Positions 31,097 through 46,233 of a stretch of 64,000 nucleotides of DNA are shown here, piece after piece; positions within the stretch are counted from its first letter, which is position 1, and every line of letters begins with the position of its first letter. Position numbers and translations under genes: made by a program. Origin of the DNA: Eledone cirrhosa (lineage: Eukaryota); assembly GCA_964016885.1 (NCBI GenBank), contig OZ024755.1:39990001-40054000 (forward strand). The letters are read 5' to 3'. The notes beneath the pieces were generated by a model, which saw only the letters and a list, made by a program, of their open reading frames with translations, searched no databases and was not told the origin of the DNA.

Positions 31097-31560
31097 TTAC
31101 ACTTCACCTGTGGGTCTTGGCCACCGACAGGATGGAGAATATTTTGCCCGGTTGGACGGCGAGGGAGACGCACGGAGACAGCCACTCCACTTCACGGGGC
31201 TCGCACCTGCGGCCGGCCAACTCCCCTGTGGTAGCAGTGAGTAGGGATGTGGTCTATGGTGACCCAAGAACGTCGGAAGTCTCCATTGCCAAGAAGTTTG
31301 ACAAGAAGCCACTCCACCTCGTGGGATTCGCACCTGCAGGCGGCCAGCTTTGCTCCGATAGCAGTGAGTAGGGAAGTGGTGTATGGTGAGCCAAGAATGC
31401 CGGAAGTCTCCACTGCTACAGGCTCTACCACAAACCTATCTGAGAGTGGCCAATACTTGGGTAGTTTGCCCTCTTCGGCTATGTGGGCAGCAGTGCCTGG
31501 CCTGGTACTCGAACGCACCATGTTTCCACATGTCTAGGTCTCACGGTACTACGGAACATC
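31097..31560 (-). pseudogene. C-terminal restriction-like endonuclease region of a CRE-like non-LTR retrotransposon, with a ~126-bp internal duplication
   Basis: GTAAHIAEEGKLPKY..L...FVVEPVAVETSGILG matches the A..AE..K..KY...P.AVET.G pattern. agccactccac...gaagtctcca occurs at ~31180 and ~31307. Confidence 0.65.
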
Positions 31561-31764
31561 TCACTGACTGAAGCTACTGTTTATTTAGTTGTGAATGTTG
31601 GACCTCCGTCGGTTTCAACTGCGATTATTCCAGTTTAATCAACAGAACACCTTGCTATTGAAATAAACGTGTAGGTACCTGAGTTTAACACTGATGCAGG
31701 TATCTTTAACGTCAGTCACATTGAGTGACAAGGTCTGTTCTTTGAATTACAGGAAGAACCATTA

Positions 31765-32790
31765 GACCACGTCACCTCATCCGACACATTAATCACTAGG
31801 CCACACCTCTTCATCTGATACATTAACCACTAGGCCACACCGCTTCACCTGACACATTAACCACACGGCCACACCTCTTCATCTGATACATTAACGACTA
31901 GGCCACACCCCTTCACCTGACACATTAACCACACGGCCACACGTCTTCATCTGACCCTTTAACTACTAGGCCACACCTCTTAGCCTGACACGTAAACCAT
32001 TAGGCCACACCCCTTCACCTGACACATTAACCACTAGGCCACACCCCTTCACCTGACCCATAAAACACAACGCCGCCACACCCCTTCACCTGACACATTA
32101 ATCACAAGGCCACACCCCTTCACCTAAGACATTAACCACACGGTCACCACACCCCTTCACCTGACACATTAACCACTAGGCCACACCCCTTTACCTGACA
32201 CATTAACCACTAGGCCACACCCCTTCACCTGACACATTAATCACTAGGCCACACCCCTTCACCTGATACATTAACCACAAGGCTACCACACCCCTTCACC
32301 TGACACGTTAAGCACTAGGCCACAACTCTTCAGTTGACACATTAACAACTAGGCCACACCTCTTAGCCTGACACATTAACCACTAGGCCACACCTCTTCA
32401 CCTGACACATTAACCACAAGGCCACACCTCTTAGCCTGACACATTAACCACTAGGCCACACCTCTTCACCTGACACATTAACCACAAGGCCACACCTCTT
32501 AGCCTGATACATTAACCACAAGGCCACACCTCTTAGCCTGATACATTAACCACAAGGCCACACCTCTTAGCCTGACACATTAACCACTAGGCCACACCTC
32601 TTCACCTGACACATTAACCACAAGGCCACACCTCTTAGCCTGATACATTAACCACAAGGCCACACCTCTTAGCCTGTCACATTAACCACTAGGAAACTCA
32701 CTCACATCCGGTACATTAATGACTAGACCCCCACCACCACCACCTCATCCGACACGTGAGCCACAAGGCCACACCGCTTCATCTTCATTA
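31765..32790. repeat. 34-bp minisatellite (ccacaccccttcacctgacacattaaccactagg)n
   Basis: Unit read directly. Confidence 0.95.
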
Positions 32791-32821
32791 TTATCCACTA
32801 GGTTACGCCCCTTCATGTATT

Positions 32822-34058
32822 TACCATTCTAGTAACTATAGTACTACTGCTATGTTAGTACCATTCCAGTAACTATAGTACTACTGCTATGTTAGTATCA
32901 TTCCAGTAACTATAGTACTACTGCTATGTTAGTACCATTCCAGTAACTATAGTACTACTGCTATGTTAGTATCATTCCAGTAACTATAGTACTAGTTCTA
33001 TGTTAGTACCATTCCAGTAACTATAGTACTACTGCTATGTTAGTACCATTCCAGTAACTATAGTACTACTGCTATGTTAGTATCATTCCAGTAACTATAG
33101 TACTAGTTCTATGTTAGTACCATTCCAGTAACTATAGTACTACTGCTATGTTAGTACCATTCCAGTAACTATAGTACTACTGCTATATTAGTACCATTCC
33201 AGTTACTGTAGTACTATTGCTATGTTAGTACCATTCCAGTAACTATAGTACTACTGCTATGTTAGTACCATTCCAGTAACTATAGTACTACTGCTATGTT
33301 AGTACCATTCCAGTTACTGTAGTACTATTGCTATGTTAGTACCATTTCAGTAACTGTAGTAGTAGAGCTATGTTAGTACCTTTCCAGTAACTATAGTACT
33401 ACTGCTATATTAGTACCATTCCAGTTACTGTAGTACTATTGCTATGTTAGTACCATTTCAGTAACTGTAGTACTAGTGCTATGTTAGTACCATTCCAGTA
33501 ACTGTAGTACTAGTGCTATGTTAGTACCATTCCAGTAACTATAGTACTACGGCTGTTAGTACCATTACAGTTAATGTAATACTATTGCTATGTTAGTACC
33601 ATTACAGTAATTATAGTACTAGTGCTATGTTAGTACCATTCCAGTTAATGTAGTACTAGTGTCATGTTAGTACCATTCCAGTAACTATGGTACTAGTGTT
33701 ATGTTAGTGCCATTCCAGTAACTATAGTAGTAGAGCTATGTTAGTACCATTCCAGTAACTATAGTAGTAGAGCTATGATAGTACCTCTCCAGTAACTGTA
33801 GTACTAGTGCTATTTTAGTACCATTCCAGTAACTATAGTACTATTGCTATGTTAGTACCATTCCAGTAGCTGTAGTAGTATAGTACTACTATAGTACTAC
33901 TGCTTGTACCTTTCCAGTAACTGTCGTACTATTGCTATGTTAGTACCATTCCAGTAATTATAGTACTACTGCTATGTGTGTACCATTCCAGTAACTATAG
34001 TACTATTGCTATGTTAATACCATCCAGTTACTGTAATACTAGTGCTATGTTAGTACCA
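32822..34058. repeat. 37-bp minisatellite (taccattccagtaactatagtactactgctatgttag)n
   Basis: Unit read directly. Confidence 0.95.
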
Positions 34059-34059
34059 C

Positions 34060-34478
34060 TGTAGAGTGCTCAACTTATCGGGCTGGAAGGAGCCAATCAT
34101 ATATGTAATATAGAATATGCTTCGATCATTCCCGGTGGGAACTGTTTAAATGAAGTATTTCTGTAGGAAAGGTACAGGAAAAGAGTGCTCTATGTAGGCT
34201 ACAGAGCTTTTTAGTTATATAATAAACAACATAAGGTACTATTATTTCATTTACCAGTGGTTTCTTGAAGACAGTACCTTATGTTGTTTATTACATAACT
34301 AAAAAACTCCTTCCATCCCGATAAGTTGAGCACTCTACAATTTCAGGAAATTAACCAACATATATAGTTTTCTCGTCTGTGTAAATGAGGTGATTAATCT
34401 CATATTGAGCCAACGTATGCAGCTTCATATGTAAATGAGATTAATCACCTCATTTACACAGACAAGAAAACTATATAT
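34060..34478. repeat. Nested and adjacent inverted repeats
   Basis: Three pairs: tgtagagtgctcaacttatcggg.tggaaggag / ctccttcca.cccgataagttgagcactctaca; an inner pair at about 34208-34240/34272-34305; and a separate hairpin at 34360-34478. Confidence 0.85.
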
Positions 34479-34714
34479 TCTCGCCTGTCTTCTAGTCCAG
34501 CAGTCGCAAGCGGTGGGAGGGACCGTCCTAACGAAGGCCAGTTAAGCCTGCAATGCATAGACGGTTGTGCCCCTTGCTTCTGCTTGACATCACCAGAGGG
34601 CGTTAGTACCCCGATGTTTGCATAGCTACGGCTTCCTAAAACCGTGTTTCTTTGGAGATACGAAATATTTATTATACATATTATATAAAGCTATGCTTGA
34701 AGCGAAATCCTATT

Positions 34715-35072
<358 letters not shown>

Positions 35073-35712
35073 ATATATATATATATATATAACCCATTAG
35101 CAACCCTGCACCACGTTTTTCTCATATTTACACATATTTTTTCCCCGCTGTTACACGTCTATTTCGTTCTTACTGCTTCCTCTTTCTCTGTATCTTTACC
35201 CTCTCTAGCAGTCACTCTCTCTGTTAGCCTCTTCCTCACCCTTCACTCACTCATTCTCTGTTACTACCTCTCCTCCTCCCCCTTCTTCCCGTTTGACCTG
35301 TGCGTAATTCTTTTCTTTCGCACCCTTGGTCTAGCAGGTCGTTCTTTTTCTCTCTCTCGTCTACGATTTCACAGAACTTACGTTCACCGAATTCACAGAC
35401 TAGATCCCTTCTTCCTCCCGTTAGACCTGTACGGAATTCCTTCCTTGCTCACATTCCAACCAGGTTTGATGGTCTTTATTCTCTCTCGTTCACGATTTCA
35501 CCGAATTTAAATTCATAGAAATTTGGGACTTGACTCCTTCTTCCTCACTTTTCGTTGCTTCACCATTTTGTTTGTTTACACTCGTGTTCCCTTTATTTAC
35601 CTGTCCCAACGACTTTTTTTAGCCGTTGCTCGCACCAACCGGAGGTATATGGTCTTTAAAGCGATGAAATACCAATGATGGTTGGAAGATCACTGATGAA
35701 GGTCTAACTTTA

Positions 35713-35765
<53 letters not shown>

Positions 35766-35843
35766 GATTCTTTAATTTCTTCAAATAACCAAAGTCTCAC
35801 TCACGTATCAAATATCTAAAAACGCACACAGGGGGAAAAAAAT

Positions 35844-38800
35844 ATGACTACTGACCAGCAAGCCTACAACGGACGAAATTGGTCTGATAATGAAATTGAC
35901 CTCTTAATAAACACGTGGTTTTCTCTGTCCCAAACAATCTCAATACAAGCCCCTGCAACAGTCAAAACCAGCCACCTCACTAGCCTCCACCTTTTATTTA
36001 CCACGAGGTCTGCAGATACACAACAAACTAAAACATGTAGAAGTCTCTTTCAAACTAATTCAAAACCATTTTAAAAAACTTCGACATATTTACTCCAATG
36101 GACAAACATAACAACAGCAACAACAGCAACAACAACAACAACAGCAACAACAGCCACAACAACAACAGCCAGAAAATCAGGAGTCACCACCACCACCGCC
36201 ACCACTACTGAATTCAAGCATAATAGCTGAGTTACTGAATGACAGTATCCCTCAACCACTCACTCGGCCATCATTATCGCCATCACCACCGTCACCATCT
36301 TCTGTCACATCAACTGCTAATAATGGACCACTGCTTTCTCTCCCACCACTCTCACAGCCTCCACCACAGTTGTCATCATCACCACCACTGCTTTCTTCCC
36401 GCACATCACAGCCATGCCGTAGTTAAAAGAACTTTTAAAAAAAATCTATGGAGATGTATACGCCCCCACTACAATACTAGAAACCCCCAAATATGCCGCT
36501 ACTCACTACCTCAGAGACTATGCACACGTAGCGAGTGTATATTTGCCCATTTACGAGGTACTAGGCGCACTAACACTGCCAGCCAACACCAAAGCACGCT
36601 GCCCGAACGCATAATTCTGAGTCCCAAAATCTACCAACATTCCCAACGCGAGAGGCTGTCTGCTGACTGACTCTCCCTTCACTCATCTTCCTGGGACACA
36701 ACGCACGAACAGAAAAGGGGCTCCATGCCAACACACAAACCACAATGAAGGACCCCCTGCTGCAGTAATGCTGTTCCAGTCTCCTCACAAAGACACGAAT
36801 ACAACAACAAAAACAACAAAGACACGATTACAACAACAACAAATACAACAACAACAAAAGAGGAAACTGCAATGGTGTAACCACAAATCCAATCAAAAAC
36901 TGATACCTGAACAAGAAAATTTTTCTTTTTTAGCCATGAACATGGCAAAAGAGATAGAGAAAAACATTTTAGCCATCACCCAACACCATCCTTGCTGCCA
37001 CTAACACACAATCTCAAAACCAGCCACCACACTAGCCTCCACATTTTTACTCAATACACAAGGTATCAGCCCATCCATTAATGCACAGAAATGGAAAATC
37101 CAATTCATTGAGGATTGGGTTGGTAACCATCCATTTCACATCCCCCTCTTCATTCTTACTGAGACCGACCTTGACAACTCCCACTTGGAGGCCGAATTAA
37201 GAGTGAGGAATTTCACAACCATCCGTGAGGATCGTGTTGGCAGAAAGAAGGGTGGAACTGCCATTTTCCTGCATGATTCTTTTACGGCAGATGATAACGC
37301 AACATTCTCCAATGGCTACTGTAAATCAGTCACTGTGCACAACAAAGCCAATGACCTGACATTAGTTGCGCTCTATAGGCCACCACAAACACCCATAATC
37401 TGCTTCAAAGAATGCCTCAACAGTATTAAATGCTTTATTAAACAGTGCCATTCTGGCAACATACTTTTGATGGGAGACTTTAATCTTCCCTGTGTCGATT
37501 GGTCTACATGTAGTTTGAAACCAGTCACCACAGCCTCAACCACTGACAAAGAATCTGTCGAGTCACTTCTTGACTTCATGGATGAGTTTTTATTGTCCCA
37601 ACTTGTCATTGAACATTCTGGATCTAGTGTTTAGTAACCACACTAACATTATCCATAATATTACAGTGGAAAAACTCTTCTCTGCGACCATGACATGGTT
37701 CTTTGTAACCTGAAATTCCACCAGCCGAAAGCTAATCCCAGGGTCCTCTTTCCAGCCCACCCATTTGATAACATGGATCTCTACAATGCCAATTATGAAC
37801 GAACTATCACATGTTGACTGGTCTTTTACACACGCACACATTTCACCAACATCAAAACATCTTGGCAGATCTTTGTAGACACTGCCACAAATATATGTAC
37901 AAACCACACCCCACCAAAACCTGTGAACAAAACCAAGTGCAGTATCCCCCAAAACACAAAAACAATTATCAGAAAAATAAAAAGAACAAAAAAAGAAGAA
38001 ACTCACTAAAATACTACCACCAGCAACACACACATTCAATGGCTATTACCCTGCTTGAGTAAAAAAAATATAATCTCCAGCAATGCATGATGACCATCAT
38101 CAATAACCAGAGAATAGCGGAAGAGAGGTGGGCCATTGAGAAAATCAAACTCAACCCCAAAGTGTTCTTTTCATTTGCTAAAAAACACAAGGTCACCGTC
38201 TCCACTTTTGGCCCCCTAGTTGATGAAAATGACACACTCCAAGACAGCCAAAACCATACTGCTTTGTTTTCAGCAACCCTGATATGGCCGATCTGGGCCG
38301 TATCGATGATGTTAATCCCCAACACACTATATCAGACATAACGTTTGGCACCCCTGATGTCTTAGCGGCAATAAACGAAATTAAACACAATTCAGCAGTA
38401 GGCCCCGACAGGTTCCCTGCTTGTGTCCTGAAGGTGTGTCGACACCAACTTGCATCTCCTCTTGCTAATCTGTGGAGGAACTCACTGGGCACTGGCTATA
38501 TTCCTGAAAACTTTCTGTCCCAGTCCGTTAACCCAGTCTTCAAAAAGGGAAATAAGTCCCTTGCAGTGAACTACCGTCCGATTTCATTCACCTCTCATAT
38601 TATCAAGTATTTCAGAGGGTGGTGAGATCACGAATAACCCACTTTCTTGGAAGCAACGGCCTGCTGAACTCCAACCAACATGGGTTCCGTAATGGAAGGG
38701 ACTGCCTAACGCAGCTCCTGCATCACTTTGACGGTGTTTTGAGAGCTTTGGGAGAGGGTTCCAACACTGATGTCATGTACCTTGATTTCAGCAAGGCCTT

Positions 38801-39913
38801 TGACAGGGTTGATCATAAGATTCTACTGAACAAACTATCCAATGTTGGTGTCTCTGGAAGGTTACTACAGTGGATCAAATGTTTCCTGACAGACAGAACC
38901 CAGCATGTTGTAGTCGAAGGAGTAAAATCAACCCCTGCCAAAGTCAGCAGTGACGTCCCACAAGGCACTGTGTTGGGCCCACTTCTTTTCATCATCTACA
39001 TTAACGACATTACTGACATCATCAAGCACAGCAACATAAGAAGCTTCGCAGATGATTCCAAGCTCCAAAGGGTCACCAAGGAGGTGGGTGACCGGACTTG
39101 CCTTCAATCAGACCTACTGGCTGTTATCCAATGGGCAGAAAAGAATAATATGCTGCTGAACGAGGTTAAATTTGAACTAATCCACTTTGGAAAAAATGAT
39201 GCCCTGAAACTACCATACACTTTTCCTTCGGGTGAAACTCTAGTGGCATCCAACAACATCAGAGACCTGGGACTAATTGTGGACAACAATATAAGTAGGC
39301 CACTCATATAAACAGCAACGTTGATATGGCCCGAAGAATGTGTTCCTGGATTCCCAGAACTTTCCAGTCGAGAGATATCCACACTATTATCCTTCTCTTC
39401 TCCACATTTGCCCAACCCCACCTTGAATAATGTTGTCCTCTGTGGTCACCCCACATGAAACAAAGTATCATGAAAGTTGAAGCACCCCAAAGGTCAATTA
39501 CAAAAAAGATAGTTGGCACGACAGGCCTTGACTATTGGTGTCGATTAGAAAAGCTCAACCTTTATTCTCTCTAACGTCGCCGTGAGCTCTACATTATCTG
39601 TATGATGTGGAAAATATTCCATCAGCTTTTCCCAAATGATGTTGGCATCATCTTTAGTGTACACACAAGGCTTGGGCCCCGTGCTATCCGCCCACGACAA
39701 AATTCTCACTCGCATCTCATAACAACAATACCGCACAATTATTTCACCTCAATTGGCCCTGCTCTCTTTAACATTACACCAAAACACATCAAAGCAGAGA
39801 CAGACCCCATCAAGTTCAAGAAGACTTTGCATAAATTCCTTCAAGAAATCCCGGATAAGCCTCCTTCACACTGATATGCACCTAAACCTATCAAAGTTAT
39901 CAAAGTAAAGTTA
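35844..39913 (+). mobile_element. Older, near full-length CR1-group LINE (ORF1 remnant + APE + RT), many frameshifts
   Basis: Motifs [53 protein letters not shown]. The 3' end is tcaaagttatcaaagtaaagtta followed by TA. A pyrimidine-rich probable 5' UTR lies upstream (35090-35640). Confidence 0.9.
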
Positions 39914-39959
39914 TATATACATATGTATGTATGTTATCTCTTTCTCTTAATTTCGAGTA

Positions 39960-40160
39960 TATTTTTTTGACCGGCCACCTTCCTGGTGGCAAGGTTGTAA
40001 AAGAAGATAAATTGTCATCCCTTGAATCGCAAGAATGTTTAGCAAATTTTGAAGGTGGCAGCTATCGCAGCATTTTGTAGACTATGAATTAGGGAGCTGC
40101 GCTCTTTGTCCGCAAATCCAAGTTCAGTCATACTTTGGTCGAAGCGGGTTGGTATATAAT
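39960..40160 (-). pseudogene. Possible 3' end of an RLE-type non-LTR retrotransposon
   Basis: Minus-strand peptide ELGFADKERSSLIHSLQNAAIAATFKIC resembles RLE-LINE C-termini (from memory, not searched). Confidence 0.4.
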
Positions 40161-40176
40161 CCGTATGTATGTATGA

Positions 40177-40207
<31 letters not shown>

Positions 40208-40276
40208 TATATGTACAACAATGAACTTTTAAAATTTATTTTAAAACTTTTTCTTATCTGCTAAATCTTGATTGTA

Positions 40277-40307
<31 letters not shown>

Positions 40308-40313
40308 ATGTAT

Positions 40314-40345
<32 letters not shown>

Positions 40346-40388
40346 GTATATATATATGTATATATATATGTATATATATATGTATATA

Positions 40389-40427
<39 letters not shown>

Positions 40428-40794
40428 GTATATATATATGTATATATATATGTTTATATATATGTATATATATATGTTTATATATATGTATATATATATG
40501 TATATATGTATATATATACATGTATATATATATGTATATATATATGTATATATATGTATATATATATATATGTATATATATATAAATGTATATATATATA
40601 TGTATATATATATATGTATATATATATAAATGTATATACATATATGTATATATATATATGTATATGTATATATATATATGTATATACATATATGTATATA
40701 TATATATGTATATATATATATGTATATATATATATGTATATACATATATGTATATATATATATGTATATGTATATATGTATATATATATAAATG

Positions 40795-40885
<91 letters not shown>

Positions 40886-40951
40886 GTATATATATATATA
40901 TGTATATATATATGTATATATATATATATGTATATATATATGTATATATAT

Positions 40952-41064
<113 letters not shown>

Positions 41065-41086
41065 CATATATACATATATGTATATA

Positions 41087-41122
<36 letters not shown>

Positions 41123-41161
41123 CATATATACATATATGTATATATATATATGTATATATAT

Positions 41162-41218
<57 letters not shown>

Positions 41219-41262
41219 AATATATATATACACATATATACACATATATATATATATATATA

Positions 41263-41463
41263 CAACGAAGGAAATGTGGTAAGGAACCAGGTGGACCATA
41301 ACGCACCAAAGTACTCAATACTTGAGGTAGTAGAGTGGGTAATAGGAACCAGTAAGACCCCGACAGCTGAGCCCAAGCCGTTTCGACGGCCAATTCTGGA
41401 CTAGTCCAGAATTAGCCGTCGAAACGGCCCGAGCTCAGCTGTCGGGGTCTCACTGGTTCCTAT
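41263..41463 (-). mobile_element. Fold-back element; palindrome centred on ggac-ta-gtcc
   Basis: Arms 41342-41402 and 41403-41463 with 5 mismatches. Homologous to 6931-7123. Confidence 0.88.
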
Positions 41464-41509
41464 ATATATATACATATATATATACATACACACATATATA
41501 TACATATAC

Positions 41510-41543
<34 letters not shown>

Positions 41544-41557
41544 ATATATATATATAC

Positions 41558-41594
<37 letters not shown>

Positions 41595-41653
41595 CATATA
41601 TATATATATATATATACATATATATATACATATACATATATATATATATATAC

Positions 41654-41698
<45 letters not shown>

Positions 41699-41729
41699 CA
41701 CATACATATATATATATATACACATACAC

Positions 41730-41763
<34 letters not shown>

Positions 41764-41793
41764 ATACATATATATATATACATATATATATAC

Positions 41794-41830
<37 letters not shown>

Positions 41831-41873
41831 TACATATATACATATACATATATACATATATACATATACATAT

Positions 41874-41907
<34 letters not shown>

Positions 41908-42176
41908 ATATATATACATATATATACATATATATATACATATACATATATATATATATATATACATATATATACATATATATATACATATACATATATA
42001 TACATATATATATACATATACATATATATATATATATATATATACATATATATACATATATATAAATATATATATACATATATATATACATATATATATA
42101 CATATATATACATATATATAAATATATATATACATATAAATATACATATATATAAATATATATACATATATATACA

Positions 42177-42311
<135 letters not shown>

Positions 42312-42331
42312 ATATATATATATACATATAT

Positions 42332-44332
42332 ATTTCATCACTAGAGATTAAAAAACATAACCTCCAAAACAACATAATGTCCCTCATCAACAATCAGAGA
42401 AGAGCTGAAGAGGCCTGGGCCATTGAGAAGATCAAACTCAATCCCAAAGTGTTCTTTTCATTTGCAAAAAAACACAAAATCACTGGCTCTACTGTTGGCC
42501 CTCTAATTGATGAAAATGGCACTCTTCAAGACAATGCTAAAACCATGGGTGAGATACTGCAGAAACAATACTGCTCTGTTTTCAGCAATCCTGATTTGGC
42601 CGATCTGGGCTGTATCGGCGATGTTACTCCCCATTACACCTTATCGGACATAACGTTTGGCGCCCCTGATGTCTTGGCGGCAATAAAGGAAATCAAGCAT
42701 AATTCAGCAGTAGGTCCCGATAGGTTCCCTGCTTGTGTCTTGAAGGCGTGTCAACACCAACTTGCTTCTCCTCTTGCCAATCTGTGGCGGAACTCACTGG
42801 ATGCTGGATATGTGCCAGAAAACCTTCTATCCCAGTCTGTTGTCCCAGTTTTCAAAAAGGGAAACAAATCCCTTGCCGTGAATTACCGTCCAATCTCACT
42901 CACCGCTCATATCATTAAGGTATTTGAGCGAGTGGTGAGATCGCGAATGACCCACTTCCTTGAGAGTAACAATATGCTGAACTCCAACCAGCATGGATTC
43001 CGTAATGGAAGGGATTGCCTGACGCAACTACTGCATCACTTTGATGACATTTTGAGAGCCTTGGGAGAGGGTTCCAACACTGATGTTATCTACCTTGATT
43101 TCAGCAAGGCCTTTGACAGGGTTGATCATAACATTCTACTGAGAAAGCTGTCCAATATTGGTGTCACTGGAAAGCTGCTGCAGTGGATCAAGAGCTTCCT
43201 GTCAAACAGAACCCAACATGTTGTAGTTGAGGGAGTCAAATCAAGCCCAGCCAAAGTCAGTAGTGGAGTCCCACAAGGCACTGTGTTGGGCCCACTTCTC
43301 TTCATCATCTATATTAATGACATCACTGACATCATCAAACACAGCAACATTAAAATTTTCGCTGATGATTCCAAGCTCCAAAAGGTCATCAATGGCGTGG
43401 ATGACCGGATAAGCCTTCAGTCAGACCTACTGGCTGTTACCCAATGGGCAGAAAAGAACAACATGTTACTGAACGAAGACAAATTCGAACTGATCCACTT
43501 TGGAAAAGAGGATGCTCTGAAACTCCCGTACTCCCTTCCCTCCGGGGAAACTCTCGTGGCATCTAACAACATCAGAGACTTGGGAGTAACCGTGGACAGC
43601 AACATAAGCTGGACCACGCATATAAGCAGCAAAGTTGACATGGCCCGCAGAATGTGTTCCTGGATCCTCAGAACCTTCCAGTCGAGAGATTCCCGCACCA
43701 TTATCCTTCTCTTCTCTACTTTCGCCCGACCACACCTTGAATACTGTTGTCCACTGTGGTCTCCCCACACGAAACAAAGTATCATGAAACTTGAAGCTCC
43801 TCAAAGGGCAATCACGAAAAAGATAGATGGCATGTCAGACCTTGACTACTGGGGTCGATTGGAAAACCTGAAACTTTACTCACTCCAACGTCGCCGTGAG
43901 CGTTATATTATCTGCATGATGTGGAAAATGTTCCATCATCACTGCCCAAATGATGTTGGCATCGCCTTCAAGATACACCCAAGGCTTGGGCCCCGTGCTA
44001 TCCGTCCCATTCAAAAATCTAAATCGCAACTCATAACAACAATACGGCACAATTATTTCACCTCAATCGGCCCTGCTCTCTTCAACATCACACCAGGACA
44101 CGTCAAAACAGAAACTGACCACACAAAATTCAAGAAGTCTTTGGACAAATTCCTCCAAGTAATCCCGGACAAACCACCCACACCCGGATATGTCTCCGCA
44201 AACAGTAATTCTCTTCTCGAATGGGCCATGGTGCCCAAATCCTGAATTGAAAGACTTCGCCAGGTGGTGCTATTAAGTTAGACATGGCCTGGGCCAATAC
44301 TGGCCAAAACATTTCAAAGTTATTCAAAGTTA
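42332..44332 (+). mobile_element. Young 5'-truncated CR1-group LINE with an uninterrupted RT frame (42377-44245)
   Basis: 622-aa ORF containing all RT motifs; about 99% identical to 49745-51744. Ends ttcaaagttattcaaagtta followed by TA. Confidence 0.95.
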
Positions 44333-44355
44333 TACATATATATATATACATATAC

Positions 44356-44424
<69 letters not shown>

Positions 44425-44453
44425 CATATATATATATACATATATATATATAC

Positions 44454-44486
<33 letters not shown>

Positions 44487-44744
44487 CATATATATACATA
44501 TATATATATACATATATATATACATATATATATACATATATATATGTATATATGTATATGTATATATATATATGTATGTATATATATGTATATATATATA
44601 TGTATATATATATATGTATGTATATATGTGTATATGTATGTATGTATATATATATATATATGTATATATATATGTATATATATATGTATATATATATGTA
44701 TATATATATATATATATGTGTATATATATATGTATATATATATG

Positions 44745-44775
<31 letters not shown>

Positions 44776-44851
44776 GTATATATATATGTATATATATATA
44801 TATATGTATATGTATGTATATATGTATATATATATATGTATGTATATATGT

Positions 44852-44882
<31 letters not shown>

Positions 44883-45110
44883 TATGTATATATGTATGTA
44901 TATGTGTATGTATGTATATATGTATGTATATATATATGTATGTATATATGTATGTATATATGTATGTATATATGTATGTATGTGTGTATATATATATATA
45001 TATGTGTATGTATATATGTATGTATATATGTATGTATATATATATATGTATATATATATGTATGTATATATGTATGTATATGTGTATGTATATATGTATG
45101 TATATATATG

Positions 45111-45295
<185 letters not shown>

Positions 45296-45350
45296 GTATA
45301 TATATATATATATGTGTATATATATATATATATGTATATATATGTGTATG

Positions 45351-45440
<90 letters not shown>

Positions 45441-45448
45441 TATATGTG

Positions 45449-45497
<49 letters not shown>

Positions 45498-45574
45498 GTA
45501 TATATATATGTATATATATGTATATATATATAGATATATGTATATATATGTATATATATATGTATATATATATG

Positions 45575-45607
<33 letters not shown>

Positions 45608-45646
45608 GTATATATATATGTATATATATATATGTATAATTATATG

Positions 45647-45703
<57 letters not shown>

Positions 45704-45719
45704 GTATATATATATGTAT

Positions 45720-45929
<210 letters not shown>

Positions 45930-45938
45930 GTATATATG

Positions 45939-45993
<55 letters not shown>

Positions 45994-46040
45994 GTATATA
46001 TATATGTATATATATATGTATATATATGTATATATATATG

Positions 46041-46075
<35 letters not shown>

Positions 46076-46088
46076 GTATATATATATG

Positions 46089-46137
<49 letters not shown>

Positions 46138-46192
46138 GTATATATATATGTATATATATATGTATATGTATATATATATGTATATATATATG

Positions 46193-46223
<31 letters not shown>

Positions 46224-46233
46224 GTATATATAT

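Noticed and set aside
31765-34058. 34- and 37-bp arrays as a CRISPR array
   Set aside because: Contiguous tandem units with no spacers and no cas genes, in a eukaryotic context.
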